64,000 nucleotides of DNA, from contig JBBISH010000011.1 in the NCBI GenBank assembly GCA_037441385.1, positions 1 through 64,000 of the forward strand. The letters are read 5' to 3'. Below are positions 19,510 through 29,605 of the stretch, piece after piece. This stretch comes from Myxococcales bacterium (GTDB lineage Bacteria; Myxococcota_A; UBA9042). Within the stretch, counting starts at the first letter, position 1. Each line of letters begins with the position of its first letter. A model generated the notes under the pieces. The model saw only the letters and a program-made list of their open reading frames with translations, was not told the origin of the DNA and did not search any database. A program made the translations under genes and the position numbers.

Positions 19510-21123
19510 ATGGCCGAAGTACCCGCCAAACCTAAGGGATCGCCGCAGGCCCGTCCGGCGGCCAAGGCCAGTGCAGGGGGGGCAGGTGCGGTGGCGGTGC
19601 TGGTCGCGGCAGCTGCGGCGTTGATTGCACCAACCCTGTCTTGGCCGTTTGGCCGCGATCAGGCCATCTTCCACTACATCGGCCGGCAGTGGGGCGCCGG
19701 GCAGTTGCCCTATCGCGACACGTTCGACGTAAAGCCACCGGGTATTTTCGCCCTCTACCGCCTGACCAGCGCCCTAGCCGGCGACGCCATGTGGGCCGTG
19801 CGCGCTGCCGATGCGTTGGGGTGGTTGGCCATCGGGGCCCTGCTGCCGTGGGCCTGGCCAGGGCGCGCCGATCGCCGGCCGAGCGGACCACTCATGGCCG
19901 CCGGCGCCCTGATCGCCACCGCAGGATACTTTGCAGTGTTCAATTTTTGGGACACCGCACAGACCGAGACGTGGCAAGTGCTTGGATGTGTTGCCGGTGC
20001 CGCCGCCGCGCGCTGGTTGCCGGGGCTGTGGGCGGCGGTGGCCGCGGGTGGTCTGCTGGGTGGGGCGATGCTTTTCAAGCCGACTGCCGTGGTCATGGCG
20101 CCCTGGCTGCTGGGCAATTTCGTGGCGAGTCCGCGGCAGACCAAGGGCATGTCGCGCGCCGTTGCGGGTACCGCCGTGGCCGTGCTGGCCTGTGCGACCG
20201 TGTTCGGCGGGGCCTTTGGCTGGCTGTACTACCGCGGCGCCGGCCCGGCCTTGAGCGAGCTGTGGGACTATCAGCGCGCCTACGCCAAGGTGCCCCTGGG
20301 CCATGGCGAGGCCTTGCCGCGGCTCGCGTTGGTCTGGGATCGCCAGCACCACCTGTGGCCAGCGCTGCTGGGCGTGTCGCTGCTGCTCGATTTGGCGTTG
20401 CTGTGGTACGCGACCACCGCCGGGCCAGCGCTCCTGGGGTTCTTGGCGGCGGTCGGCCTGCTGGCGCTGAGCTTTGGCGCCGTCGCGGTGCAGGGCAAGT
20501 ACTTTACGTATCACTTCGTCGCGATGCTGCCGGTGGTGGCGGGCGCGGCGACCTCGGCCATGGGCCGCCTGGCCGATCGTGCGGGCGGAACCAAGTTGTT
20601 GGTCGGAGTTTCGCTCGTTCTTTCCCTTGGTTCGTTTGCCACGGCAGCGCCTTGGCCGTACGGCGATCGGGTCAACGCGCCCAGCTTGGCGGTGGGTCCA
20701 TGGCCCAAGTGGCTGGCGCACGACCTGGACGCGCCGACTTGGTACGGGCAGTTCCGCGAGATCGCGAACTACGATTTTGCCAATCACTATCGCATCGCCA
20801 AGGCTATCAACGCGCTGAAAAAGCCGGGCGATCGTCTGCATGTGCGCGGGTTCGAGCTGCCGATCTACGCGCTGACCGGGCTGAGCACGCCGGCGCGCTT
20901 TGTGTCCGAGCTCCCCTTGGAAGACGACACGCTGGCGACCGAGCACCGCGAGCGCTGGCAGGCCGACCACGACAAGCGCCTGTGGACCGACCACCCGCCG
21001 CGCTTTGTCGTGACCTTTGTGGACCGCCAATGGGACTTGGACGCACTGAAGCAGCGCGGCTACCAGAAGAACGTCGCCTCGGGCCTGCTGCAGTTGATGG
21101 TGCTCGAGCCGGCGTCCCCGTAG
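19510..21123 (+). CDS. Polytopic membrane GT-C glycosyltransferase (ArnT/PMT-like)
   Basis: GRDQAIFHYIG...LPYRDTFDVKPPGIFALY loop; many TM segments. Confidence 0.7.
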   Translation: MAEVPAKPKGSPQARPAAKASAGGAGAVAVLVAAAAALIAPTLSWPFGRDQAIFHYIGRQWGAGQLPYRDTFDVKPPGIFALYRLTSALAGDAMWAVRAADALGWLAIGALLPWAWPGRADRRPSGPLMAAGALIATAGYFAVFNFWDTAQTETWQVLGCVAGAAAARWLPGLWAAVAAGGLLGGAMLFKPTAVVMAPWLLGNFVASPRQTKGMSRAVAGTAVAVLACATVFGGAFGWLYYRGAGPALSELWDYQRAYAKVPLGHGEALPRLALVWDRQHHLWPALLGVSLLLDLALLWYATTAGPALLGFLAAVGLLALSFGAVAVQGKYFTYHFVAMLPVVAGAATSAMGRLADRAGGTKLLVGVSLVLSLGSFATAAPWPYGDRVNAPSLAVGPWPKWLAHDLDAPTWYGQFREIANYDFANHYRIAKAINALKKPGDRLHVRGFELPIYALTGLSTPARFVSELPLEDDTLATEHRERWQADHDKRLWTDHPPRFVVTFVDRQWDLDALKQRGYQKNVASGLLQLMVLEPASP

Positions 21124-21138
21124 GGCCCCCAATCCCCA

Positions 21139-21198
21139 AAAAAACGCCGCGGCCTGGGTCCTCAGAGTGTCTGCGAGGAGCCAGGCCGCACGTTTTTC
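21139..21198. terminator. Bidirectional intrinsic terminator between convergent genes
   Basis: AAAAACG-CCGCGGCCTGG...CCAGGCCGC-ACGTTTTT hairpin flanked by A and T runs. Confidence 0.7.
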
Positions 21199-21258
21199 TA
21201 GTACCCGATGGCTTGGTGTCCGCTGGATGCCCTGGGGATCAAATCCCCCGCCGTCGGT

Positions 21259-22233
21259 CTACAGACCCGCGGTCTTGGGCGCCAGTTGGCCGTCCAGGGC
21301 GTCGACCACCGTCTTGAACTGCGTCTTGGCCGCCGAGTCGAGCTCGCGGCGGGTCGTGCCGTGATAAGCAACTGGATCCAAGACCTTTTCGCCCTGGTTC
21401 AGCTGGTAGTGCAGGTGCGGCGCCGTGGAGTGCCCGGTGTTGCCGCTCAGGCCCACCACCTGGCCGGCGGCCAGCGTGTCGCCCTCTTTGACCTTGTTCT
21501 CGGACATATGCAGGAACTTGGCCAGCGTGCCGTCGGCGTACTGCACTTCGACGCAGTTGCCGTTGAACTTCCAGTTCCAGTTGGCGCGCAGCACTTTGCC
21601 GGCAAACGGCGTGACGACCTCGGTGCCGACCGGGGTCTTGAAGTCCATGCCGGCGTGACCGCGGCCGTCGCCCACCAAGCTGGTCACCTGCTGGTACTCC
21701 TTGATCGGCGTATTCTTCAGCTGCATCGGCACTTCCACGCCCTGCTCGTTCCACCACGAAGCGAATTTGTCGCCCGGGGCCTGCCACTTGTACACGCGGA
21801 AGGTCTTGCCCTTCTTCGCCGCCACCAGCCGCGCCGCGGCGATGTCGATCTCGTTATTGCCCAGCTCGCGGTAGATCACGTCCACAGCGTCGTTCGGCGA
21901 CAATTCGGTGCGCAGGTTGACGTCCCACACGAACAGCCGCGCCACGGTCTGGCTCACCTGCGGGCCCAGGGCCGAGCCCAGCAACTGGGTAAAGGTGCGC
22001 TCAAAGGTTCCGCTGACCTGCAAATTGGCCTGCTGCCACTCGACTTGCGGACCTGTGGCTGCCGCCGGGGCCGGAGCCGCGGCCGGGGCCGTCGCCGCCG
22101 GTTTGGCAGCTGCCACCTCGGGTTTGGGGTCGGCCTTGGGGCTGCGCGCCACCAGCAGGACGATGTTCAAGATGACCGAGCACGCGAGCAAGACCCAGGG
22201 CACCCCGCGCTTGCCAAAAACCGACGTATCCAT
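21259..22233 (-). CDS. M23 family peptidoglycan endopeptidase
   Basis: HAGMD (HxxxD), SGNTGHSTAPHLHY; N-terminal TM anchor; GGGAGG RBS. Confidence 0.9.
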   Translation of the reverse strand: MDTSVFGKRGVPWVLLACSVILNIVLLVARSPKADPKPEVAAAKPAATAPAAAPAPAAATGPQVEWQQANLQVSGTFERTFTQLLGSALGPQVSQTVARLFVWDVNLRTELSPNDAVDVIYRELGNNEIDIAAARLVAAKKGKTFRVYKWQAPGDKFASWWNEQGVEVPMQLKNTPIKEYQQVTSLVGDGRGHAGMDFKTPVGTEVVTPFAGKVLRANWNWKFNGNCVEVQYADGTLAKFLHMSENKVKEGDTLAAGQVVGLSGNTGHSTAPHLHYQLNQGEKVLDPVAYHGTTRRELDSAAKTQFKTVVDALDGQLAPKTAGL

Positions 22234-22496
22234 GGCGACCTCCCGATAATTGCGCACGACCCAAGCCAGACGGGCCTGACTGCGAGCATGGCCCGCGCCG
22301 AAAAGTCGTCAAATAATTCGCACGAAAACTTGGCGACCGCTTATCTGTCGCGCTTATCTGTGACGCGCCAGCGGGTGTCGACTTGTTACCTTATGGAATT
22401 GCGGATGTTTTCCCGAATACATCCCGTACCGTTTCGCGTCACACTTGGGCGCGGCCCTGCCGACGAAAAAAAAGCGCACGCGAGCGCACACGGGGC

Positions 22497-22525
22497 TTGC
22501 ACACCGGCGAGAATGCCGCTAGACT
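22497..22525 (+). promoter_or_regulatory. Putative sigma70 promoter for tRNA-Ala
   Basis: TTGCAC-17bp-TAGACT. Confidence 0.5.
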
Positions 22526-22601
22526 GCGCCGCGCTGAACCGGACACGCTCTGGTTCACGGGCACCTCGCGGGGCGTATAGGACCTCGCACAGTGGCGTAT
22601 C

Positions 22602-22674
22602 GGGGATGTAGCTCAGCTGGGAGAGTACCTGAATGGCATTCAGGGGGTCACGGGTTCGATCCCCGTCATCTCCA
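22602..22674 (+). tRNA. tRNA-Ala(GGC); CCA not encoded
   Basis: Acceptor stem GGGGATG/CATCTCC with G3:U70; D arm GCTCAGCTGGGAGAGT; anticodon stem CCTGA/TCAGG with GGC; T loop GGTTCGATCC. Confidence 0.96.
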
Positions 22675-22726
22675 CCCGACGCAGCCCAAAGCAGCCAGCC
22701 CGTGCAAATCGGGCAGGCCAAGCGCC

Positions 22727-22770
22727 GAAAGGGCTCGAAATCGCGAGATTTCGGGCCCTTCGCATTTTTG
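22727..22770. terminator. Intrinsic terminator between tRNA-Ala and the convergent MFS gene
   Basis: AAGGGCTCGAAATC-GCGA-GATTTCGGGCCCTT hairpin followed by a T run. Confidence 0.7.
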
Positions 22771-22859
22771 CCCGCGGCCGCCGCCGTCTGCGGATCGCCC
22801 GCGCGGTGCCGGCCGACCGCCTGTGCATCTTGGTCGGGCACGCGCCGCAGCGGGTCGCG

Positions 22860-24155
22860 CTACACGTCGCTCTGGCCCAAACGATTGCGCAAAAGGATCG
22901 CGGCGACGAACCCGGCCGCCAGCACCGCCGCGCCAAACAGCATGGCCAGCACGGGGCCCAAGTCGCCGCTGCTGCTCTGGAAGGCCTTGCCGATCCACAG
23001 CTCTTGCACGACTGAGCCGGCCGAGCCCAGGCCCGAGATGATGCCCGCCGCTCGCACCGCACCGCCGCCCTTGCCGATGTCCATCGCGCCAGCGCCGGTC
23101 AGCAGCGCATCGGGCCCAAACAGCGTAAAGCCGACCAGGCCTATGCAAACCGCGAACATGGTGACCGACGCGCCGCCCAAGGTGAACAGCAGCCCGGTCG
23201 CGCCGATATTGGCCACCAGCATCCACATCGAGATGCCCGCCCGGCGGCCGCCGAAGAGCTTGTCCGACAGCCAACCTGTGGCAATCACACCGGCAATTCC
23301 GCAGAGATCGAAAAGAGTAGACAAATAACCGGCCTGGTCACCGGGGAGCTTGAAGTTGTTCTGCAGCACGTACGGTGCCCAGGACCACAGCGCGTACCGG
23401 ATGAATTTCAAACAGAAGTAGGTCAGGCCCACCAGCACCACACTCGTCCACGTGCCGGCGGACCACTTGCTGTCGCTGCCGTCGCTGTCGTCGCTGGCGC
23501 CCTCGCTGTCGTCCACTACGGCGGGCAGACCAACGTCTTCTGGTCGGTTGGCCTGGTTGAAGTAAAAGACCGCCAGGATGCCCAGCATCACCGCCGATCC
23601 GGCCCAGAACGCCCAGGTCCAGCCCATGCGCGCCAAGACAAACGCCGCCAGCGCGTTGGCAAAAACGCCGCCGAACTGAAAGTTGGTCGACCACAAGCCC
23701 ATGACTCGGCCGCGCTCGTCGCGGCGGAACCACATCGCCATGGTGCCCACGTTGCTGGACCAGCCGGTAGCTTGGGCAAAGCCGTTGACGGCCATCAGGC
23801 CAATGAACACGGCGAGACCACTGGACAACCCCAGCGCAATACCACACGCGGCGGTCACGCTCATGCCCACCAAGAGCATCTTGCGCGGCCCGACCCGCGG
23901 TCCCACGCCACCGGCCAGGAACTGCCCCGCAGTGTACGCGAGCAAGTAACTTGCGTAGATCAATGCAAGATCTGCCGTTCCAAACTGCAGTGCGTCGCCC
24001 AGATCCTTCTTGACAATCGAGTACGGCTTGCGACAAATGTAGAAGCCGATGTACGACAGCCAGGTCGCACCGAACACCCGATAGCGCCACATTTTCAGGC
24101 GCTGCGCCACCTTCGGGTCGACATGCAGGGGCGGCAGTTTGGACAGTGCGCTCAC
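22860..24155 (-). CDS. MFS transporter, organophosphate:Pi antiporter (GlpT/UhpC-like) family
   Basis: YIGFYICRK, NGFAQATGW, WFRRDERGRVMGLWST, GWLSDKLFGGRR; about 12 TM segments. Confidence 0.85.
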   Translation of the reverse strand: MSALSKLPPLHVDPKVAQRLKMWRYRVFGATWLSYIGFYICRKPYSIVKKDLGDALQFGTADLALIYASYLLAYTAGQFLAGGVGPRVGPRKMLLVGMSVTAACGIALGLSSGLAVFIGLMAVNGFAQATGWSSNVGTMAMWFRRDERGRVMGLWSTNFQFGGVFANALAAFVLARMGWTWAFWAGSAVMLGILAVFYFNQANRPEDVGLPAVVDDSEGASDDSDGSDSKWSAGTWTSVVLVGLTYFCLKFIRYALWSWAPYVLQNNFKLPGDQAGYLSTLFDLCGIAGVIATGWLSDKLFGGRRAGISMWMLVANIGATGLLFTLGGASVTMFAVCIGLVGFTLFGPDALLTGAGAMDIGKGGGAVRAAGIISGLGSAGSVVQELWIGKAFQSSSGDLGPVLAMLFGAAVLAAGFVAAILLRNRLGQSDV

Positions 24156-24170
24156 AGGTGCCTCACGGAG

Positions 24171-26462
24171 CTATTTCTTGGGTTTGCCGCCCTTGGCCTG
24201 CGCCTGACCCTTGGGCGGCACCGGCTTGCCAGCGGCCAGCGCGTCGGCCACTTCTTGGCGCCGCTCGGCCTCTTCCTTGTCGGCCTGCGCCAACGCTGCC
24301 AGCGCCTTGGCCTTTTTGGCCTGGTACGCCGCTTCTGCCCGCCGCTCCGCTTCTTCCGCGTCCAGATCGTGCACGCCGGCCGCGGCGTCCTTGATCCACT
24401 GCTCGTCTGTCTCGGCGCGCAAGTAGCTGCCTTCTTTGGGCAACTCCAGCACACCCATCTCAACGCTTTGCTCCGAGGCGACCAGGTACGGCTCCGTCTC
24501 GATCGGCATTTGGCTCAAGTCCAACACCGCCGTGCCCTCGCCCTGGGCCGCCTTGAGCCTTTCAGCCCACTCCAGATCGCGCTTTTGCTCCACGTCCAAG
24601 TCTAGCACCCAGCCCACCATGTGCGGATAAGTAGCGATCTCGTCCCAGCTTTTCAGCGGGAACTGCGTGCGCCACAGCAGCGTGGCCTGCTTGGCCTCCA
24701 CGTCGATGACCAGCGTGTCCAGCTTCAGGTCCTGGCGCTCGACGCCGTTGCCGCGATCCAGCTCGCCAGTCAGCACTTTGCCGGGCAATTTGAACCACAT
24801 CGTGCCGTTCTTGGTCAGGTTCGTCAGGGTCACGGGCTCGTCGCCGCGCAAGTCGGGCCACTGCATCTGCATCGCCGCGGCGTTGTAGAACCCGGCCTTG
24901 ATCGGCTCGGGCGGCGGCTGGTTGCCCATCGCCTGCAAAATGCGCACTTGCTCTTCGTCTTCCAAGTCCAGGCTGCGCTGGTACTCCTCCATCGCCTTCT
25001 TCACACTCGCCATGGCCGACGGCGGCGGTCCAAACAACTGCACCCGCGGCCGGGCATGGCGCGGAAACGTGCCAAACCCATAGGCAAATGGCACTTCGTT
25101 CAGCCGGACCACGTCGCGGATCAGGTCCTGCGGCGTCAGTGGCGCGTCCGGGTGTTCGATTTGCGGCAGCTCTAGCCGCTGCAGCAGTGCGCGGTGGTTG
25201 CCCAGGCAAAACCCCTTGCCGTACGGGTTGGTAGGGCACAGCACCTGCGGGTACTGCGCCAGCGCCGCGTCGATCGCCTTTTGCCGCTCGATCTCCGCCT
25301 TCTCGCGCGCCGACTTGCCGGCCTCGTCCTGTTCGGCCAATTTCGCCCGCAGCTCGGCGGGCCAAGTCTCGGGATCGCCCTCGGGGATCGCGTCCAGATC
25401 CAGCACTTGCGTGCCGTCGCTGCTCTGGACCGACTCGCGGGCGCGCTTCTTGGCCGCCTCGGCCAGAGCCAGCGCGTCCTTCTCGGCCTGCAACCCCGCT
25501 TCTTTCTTGGCCTTCTCCCATTCTTCGTCGCTCAGTAGTTCGGCGCCGTCGTCGACCTCGATCCACTCGCCCTCGGCGTTCTTGCGCAGCTTCTGCTTCT
25601 TCGCTTCGCGCTCGCGCTCGACCTGCTCTTCAGCCTCGCGACGCATTTTAGCCGCCATCTCGGCCAGTTCCGCCTTGTCCAGCTCTTCCAGGCTCAGCAC
25701 CGCGGTGCCGTCGTTGCTGGCGGCAGCGTTCCACAAACGTACGCCCTCGTCGTCAAACCCTTCGGACCCATCCCCGAATTTCAGCTTTTCGGCCTTGGCG
25801 GACTCGGTCTTGCTCTGCAATAGCGCCGCGATCTCGTCTTCCTTGGCCTTCTTGGCGGCCTCTTTGGCCTTTTGCGCCTTCTTGGCCTCGGCCGCTTTCT
25901 TCTTGTCGGCGTTCTCTGCGTCGATGACTTCTTGGATCTGGCTGGCGCGCTTGAGCTCTGCGTCGTCTTGGATGAACCACGACTTGCCGCCATAGGCGTG
26001 CAGATACGAGAGGTTCAGCTCTTTGATCGCTTCGGGCTCGCTGAACTTGGGCAACTGCGGCACCAGTTTCTGATTCTCTTTGCGGGGCGGCTGCCACAGC
26101 GCCTTGCGGGGTCCCCAAATCCGAAGCCGCTCCAGGCGGCTCCCCACCTGCACGGCACACTCAAAGCTGGCTGCCGCCTTGCCACCGGGAGCATAGGCCT
26201 TGCCCACCACGATCACGTCGACCTTGGGCTTTTCGGGCACCAGGTCCGACTCCACCGTGGGCGGCGCCTTGTCGGGCTTGCCTTCGTCGCAGCGGTCCTG
26301 TTCCAGAATCGGCGGTTGCTCTTCGTCGGGCAGCGGCACCAGCACGGCGCTGTCCGCGGCGATCGTGTAGGTGCGCCGGGCAATCAACGTGATCGCCAGC
26401 GCGCCGCTGGGTCGCTCTACGGGCAACAAGTGCACCCAATAGCCTTTGCGCAACTCGGCCAT
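24171..26462 (-). CDS. DUF2169 family (T6SS adaptor-like) protein with large charged insertion
   Basis: ESDLVPEKPKVDVIVVGKAYAP, AYGG...NPYGKGF, LPQIEHP, GFG..PR, FYNAA, LRGDEPVTLTNL, LDTLVID..ATLLWR. Confidence 0.8.
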   Translation of the reverse strand: MAELRKGYWVHLLPVERPSGALAITLIARRTYTIAADSAVLVPLPDEEQPPILEQDRCDEGKPDKAPPTVESDLVPEKPKVDVIVVGKAYAPGGKAAASFECAVQVGSRLERLRIWGPRKALWQPPRKENQKLVPQLPKFSEPEAIKELNLSYLHAYGGKSWFIQDDAELKRASQIQEVIDAENADKKKAAEAKKAQKAKEAAKKAKEDEIAALLQSKTESAKAEKLKFGDGSEGFDDEGVRLWNAAASNDGTAVLSLEELDKAELAEMAAKMRREAEEQVEREREAKKQKLRKNAEGEWIEVDDGAELLSDEEWEKAKKEAGLQAEKDALALAEAAKKRARESVQSSDGTQVLDLDAIPEGDPETWPAELRAKLAEQDEAGKSAREKAEIERQKAIDAALAQYPQVLCPTNPYGKGFCLGNHRALLQRLELPQIEHPDAPLTPQDLIRDVVRLNEVPFAYGFGTFPRHARPRVQLFGPPPSAMASVKKAMEEYQRSLDLEDEEQVRILQAMGNQPPPEPIKAGFYNAAAMQMQWPDLRGDEPVTLTNLTKNGTMWFKLPGKVLTGELDRGNGVERQDLKLDTLVIDVEAKQATLLWRTQFPLKSWDEIATYPHMVGWVLDLDVEQKRDLEWAERLKAAQGEGTAVLDLSQMPIETEPYLVASEQSVEMGVLELPKEGSYLRAETDEQWIKDAAAGVHDLDAEEAERRAEAAYQAKKAKALAALAQADKEEAERRQEVADALAAGKPVPPKGQAQAKGGKPKK

Positions 26463-26702
26463 CGCCGCCTCCAGGGCGGCAGGTTAGCTGGGGTCGCGCC
26501 CGCCGTCTACCGCCTTGGGCCGATGCGGCCCTGCTCGCTGAATCGTTGGCCGCGCCAGCCGTTGTACGACAGACGGCCGCCGGACTCGCGGCAGGATCTT
26601 GACGCCGCTGCGAAATCCGGCACCGTGTTCCTGTTCTGCGCCGTGTCGTCCAGCTGGACCACCCGCCGGACGTGCGCCGCCGCTTGCGGCAAAAGAGGTT
26701 CG

Positions 26703-27707
26703 ATGCCGGTACGCGCCCCATTCCTAGCGATTCTTGCGGGTTGTCTTGCCCTTCCCGCTGCCGTCTGGGCCGCCGATCCCCCACCTGCCGGGCCCGCGGC
26801 CGACGCACCTGCGGCCGACGCACCTGCGGCCGGGGCGGATATCGCGCTGCTCGAGTCGGTGGTCAAAGCCAAAGGCCGCGACCGAGCTGCTGCGGACGAG
26901 GTCGCCAAAACCCTGACGCGTATTGCGCAAATTCACGACGCCAAGGGCGATGCCAAGGCGGGCAACCAAGCGCGGCAACGGCTCGTCGACTGGTTCGACT
27001 CGCTGGGGCTGCCACGCGACGGCGCGCCGCCCGCGCAGCTCACGGCTGAGGCGCGACTGAAGCTGCTGGACCCGCACCTGGCCAAAGAAATGGCCCGCAA
27101 GCTGGTCGAGGGCGGCAAACCGGTGGTCGATAGCCGAAAGGCCCTGGAGTCTTGGCAAGATGCCGTGGTCGGTCCCCTGAAAGAAGCCCGCGCCCCCAAG
27201 GGGATCCCGCTGGTCGAGCAGCTGGAAAAGGTACGTGAGTACAAGGCACTGGCGCCGGCGAAGCTGGCTTCGCTCAAGCAAGGCCGCCTGCTGTTGGCGC
27301 TGGCCGCTGAAGCCGCGGCGGTGGGCGCGCTGGAGACGGGCGACGGCCAAGCCTTCTGGATCGAAATCGGCAAGGTGTTCCGCGACCAAGCGGCCGCGGC
27401 CCTGGAGAAGGGTTGGAAAGAAACCGACGTGGCCGGTCAGCGCGACGCCGTGGCCTTCGAGATTCGCGGCGAGCTCAGCAAGCTCAAGCCGGCTGAGTAC
27501 CCGCCGCTCGACTCGATCCAAGAGGAGACTCTGACCCCACAGCAGCAAGAAGCCAGCAAGCTCGCAGCATTGGCCCAGCGCGCGGCCAAGCCGGCGCTCA
27601 AGGTCATGTACCTCAAGAAAGCGCTGGCACTGGACCCGAACAACGGCAAGCTCAAGGAATTGCTGCGTTCGGCAGAGGCCGAGCTGGCCAAGGAAGGCGG
27701 CGGCTAG
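26703..27707 (+). CDS. Secreted helical/TPR-like hypothetical protein
   Basis: Signal peptide ending AVWA; C-terminal YLKKALALDPNN; GC3-biased codons. Confidence 0.7.
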   Translation: MPVRAPFLAILAGCLALPAAVWAADPPPAGPAADAPAADAPAAGADIALLESVVKAKGRDRAAADEVAKTLTRIAQIHDAKGDAKAGNQARQRLVDWFDSLGLPRDGAPPAQLTAEARLKLLDPHLAKEMARKLVEGGKPVVDSRKALESWQDAVVGPLKEARAPKGIPLVEQLEKVREYKALAPAKLASLKQGRLLLALAAEAAAVGALETGDGQAFWIEIGKVFRDQAAAALEKGWKETDVAGQRDAVAFEIRGELSKLKPAEYPPLDSIQEETLTPQQQEASKLAALAQRAAKPALKVMYLKKALALDPNNGKLKELLRSAEAELAKEGGG

Positions 27708-27736
27708 GCCGTGCCCCAAATCATGGGCGCTGGCGT

Positions 27737-28375
27737 CTACCCCGGTTGTCCTGCCAGGGCGTCCACTTCGCGGCGCACGCCGTCGAAGGCTGCGGTGGCG
27801 GCGTCGATGGCCTGGCCGGCTGTTTGCACCATTGCTGCTACGGAATCGCGCGCCACCGCCTGATCATAGGCCTCGAGCACGGCTTTGAGGTGCAGCACCA
27901 CCTCGGCGTCGTGGGTCAGGGGGCGCAGCACCAGCGCCGCCCGCACCAGCGCCTGGATCAACTCGAACAGCGTCAGCTCGGACCACTGGCTGCCGTACTT
28001 GGCGGCGGCAAAGCGCCCTTGTGTCTGCGCAGCCAGGCGCCACAGAACCTCGTCGGCGCCAGCGGCTCGCAGAGGCAGCTCTCGCAAAGCACCGTATGGA
28101 TTGCGAATTGCCTGCGCAGCGGCCTCGACGGCCGCCGCCCGCTGCTGCCATACGTCAACGTCGCTGCGAAGCGCCGCCCGTTGGCACGCATCCCGCAACC
28201 CCACGGCTTGGGTCAGGATTTGCGCCGTGGTCAGGCGCACGGCCGCGATCTGGGCGGCCGCGCACAGGACGTCGTCGGCATCGCCTAGCGGCACACCGGC
28301 GGCGGCCACCTGCAGGTCGGCCTGCGCCTGAGCCAGGGCCGCGGAAAACGCGATTGTCTCTGTAGGAATGCTCAC
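27737..28375 (-). CDS. Hypothetical helical protein
   Basis: GGAG RBS before GTG; in line with the upstream minus-strand operon. Confidence 0.55.
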   Translation of the reverse strand: MSIPTETIAFSAALAQAQADLQVAAAGVPLGDADDVLCAAAQIAAVRLTTAQILTQAVGLRDACQRAALRSDVDVWQQRAAAVEAAAQAIRNPYGALRELPLRAAGADEVLWRLAAQTQGRFAAAKYGSQWSELTLFELIQALVRAALVLRPLTHDAEVVLHLKAVLEAYDQAVARDSVAAMVQTAGQAIDAATAAFDGVRREVDALAGQPG

Positions 28376-28429
28376 TTCAGTCTCCTTCGCGGCGCGGAAG
28401 CGCTTGGGCGCCCGCGGCCCGGTCCTGGC

Positions 28430-29605
28430 TTACGGCCCAAACACGCCGTCTTCCGGGGTCAGCATGCGCGGTCGGGGCCGCGGCGGCGGCGGGGGCCTGG
28501 GCACTTGCCCGTCCATGGCGTTGCGGTACTCCGTCTCGGCTCGGCGCATCTCCACGATCTGCAGGGACGCCAGCCACGCCAGCGCCAGGGCCAAAAGAAC
28601 CAGCAGGACCAAGGTGTTGCGACGCACACGCCAGCCGGCAGGCACGTCCTCCTCTTGGCTCAGCCCACGCAACTGGTGCAGCGCGGCCCTGACGCGGACG
28701 TCAGTGGTCGGCCCCTGCGCCGGCTGACCGGGCCGAGAAAACGGCGTGGCGGCGGGCAGTGGCGCAGGCAAAGCCTTGAACCACGGCTCGGTTGGCAGCC
28801 AGGCCGCCAACTCCAGCGTGGGCGAGCCTCGCAGCCACGCGGCCACCACACTGTGCTCGCCCAGGCTCACCCGCGGCGCGGCCGAAGACGCTTGGCGCAA
28901 CGCGTCGACCAGGCCCGCAAGCCCGGCAATTCGCTTGGATTCATCCGGATCGCGGCACTGCGTCAGCCACGGTGCCCAGTCCAGCGGCGGCTCGCCCAAG
29001 CAATGCGCCAGGCACGCCGCAAATTGGAACACGTCGGTCGCGGCCGTGGGCCATTTCCCGGCGGCCAGTTCGGGGGCAGCTTCTGGCAGCACCACGGGCC
29101 ACGGCAGCGCGCTCTGTGCCGCCACCACCTGCAATTGCTGCGAAAGTCCAGCATGCAGCAGAACCAGCGGCGCCTGGCCGTCGTGGCCAACCGGGCAGAC
29201 CACCAAGTTCGGCAGATCGATCGACCCCGCCACCAACCCTTGGGCGTGCAGAGCCAGCAGGGCCTGGCCCAGGTCCGCGAAGAGCGCCGCCGCCGCCTTG
29301 AACGAGACGCGCGGCGCCTTGGCCAGCACCGCCGCTAGCGAGGGACCCGTGGGGGCCCGCGCGTGACGCGCCGTAGTGCCCGCGTCCGCCTCTAAGGGAG
29401 CATACGCCAAGACGCTTGGATGGTTCGCAGCCAGCCAGCGCTGCGCCACTGCGGCCGTCTCGTCGGCAGCGTTCGGCGGGACTTTCCACTTTTCAATAAG
29501 TTGCAGTGGGCCGCCCTGGCCATCGTCGACCAAGCTGACCCGCCCCCACGGCTCGTGGCGCAGCGAGTGCACTTGCACTGCGGGCAGCGGGCGCGCCTTG
29601 TTCAC
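28430..29605 (-). CDS. Degenerate Hanks-type Ser/Thr kinase (pseudokinase) with C-terminal TM helix
   Basis: NHPSVL, GPSLA..L, LLALHAQGLV, AAPE, ATDVFQFA are retained; HRD/KPxN and DFG are replaced; GTG overlaps the aldolase stop. Confidence 0.6.
   Translation of the reverse strand: MNKARPLPAVQVHSLRHEPWGRVSLVDDGQGGPLQLIEKWKVPPNAADETAAVAQRWLAANHPSVLAYAPLEADAGTTARHARAPTGPSLAAVLAKAPRVSFKAAAALFADLGQALLALHAQGLVAGSIDLPNLVVCPVGHDGQAPLVLLHAGLSQQLQVVAAQSALPWPVVLPEAAPELAAGKWPTAATDVFQFAACLAHCLGEPPLDWAPWLTQCRDPDESKRIAGLAGLVDALRQASSAAPRVSLGEHSVVAAWLRGSPTLELAAWLPTEPWFKALPAPLPAATPFSRPGQPAQGPTTDVRVRAALHQLRGLSQEEDVPAGWRVRRNTLVLLVLLALALAWLASLQIVEMRRAETEYRNAMDGQVPRPPPPPRPRPRMLTPEDGVFGP

Noticed and set aside
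22602..22674. tRNA-Ala as an island integration site
   Set aside because: No integrase is nearby, no duplicated tRNA 3' end was noticed, and the flanking genes look chromosomal.
24171..26462. A type VI secretion locus
   Set aside because: Only DUF2169 is present; there are no tss, vgrG, hcp or PAAR genes in the window.
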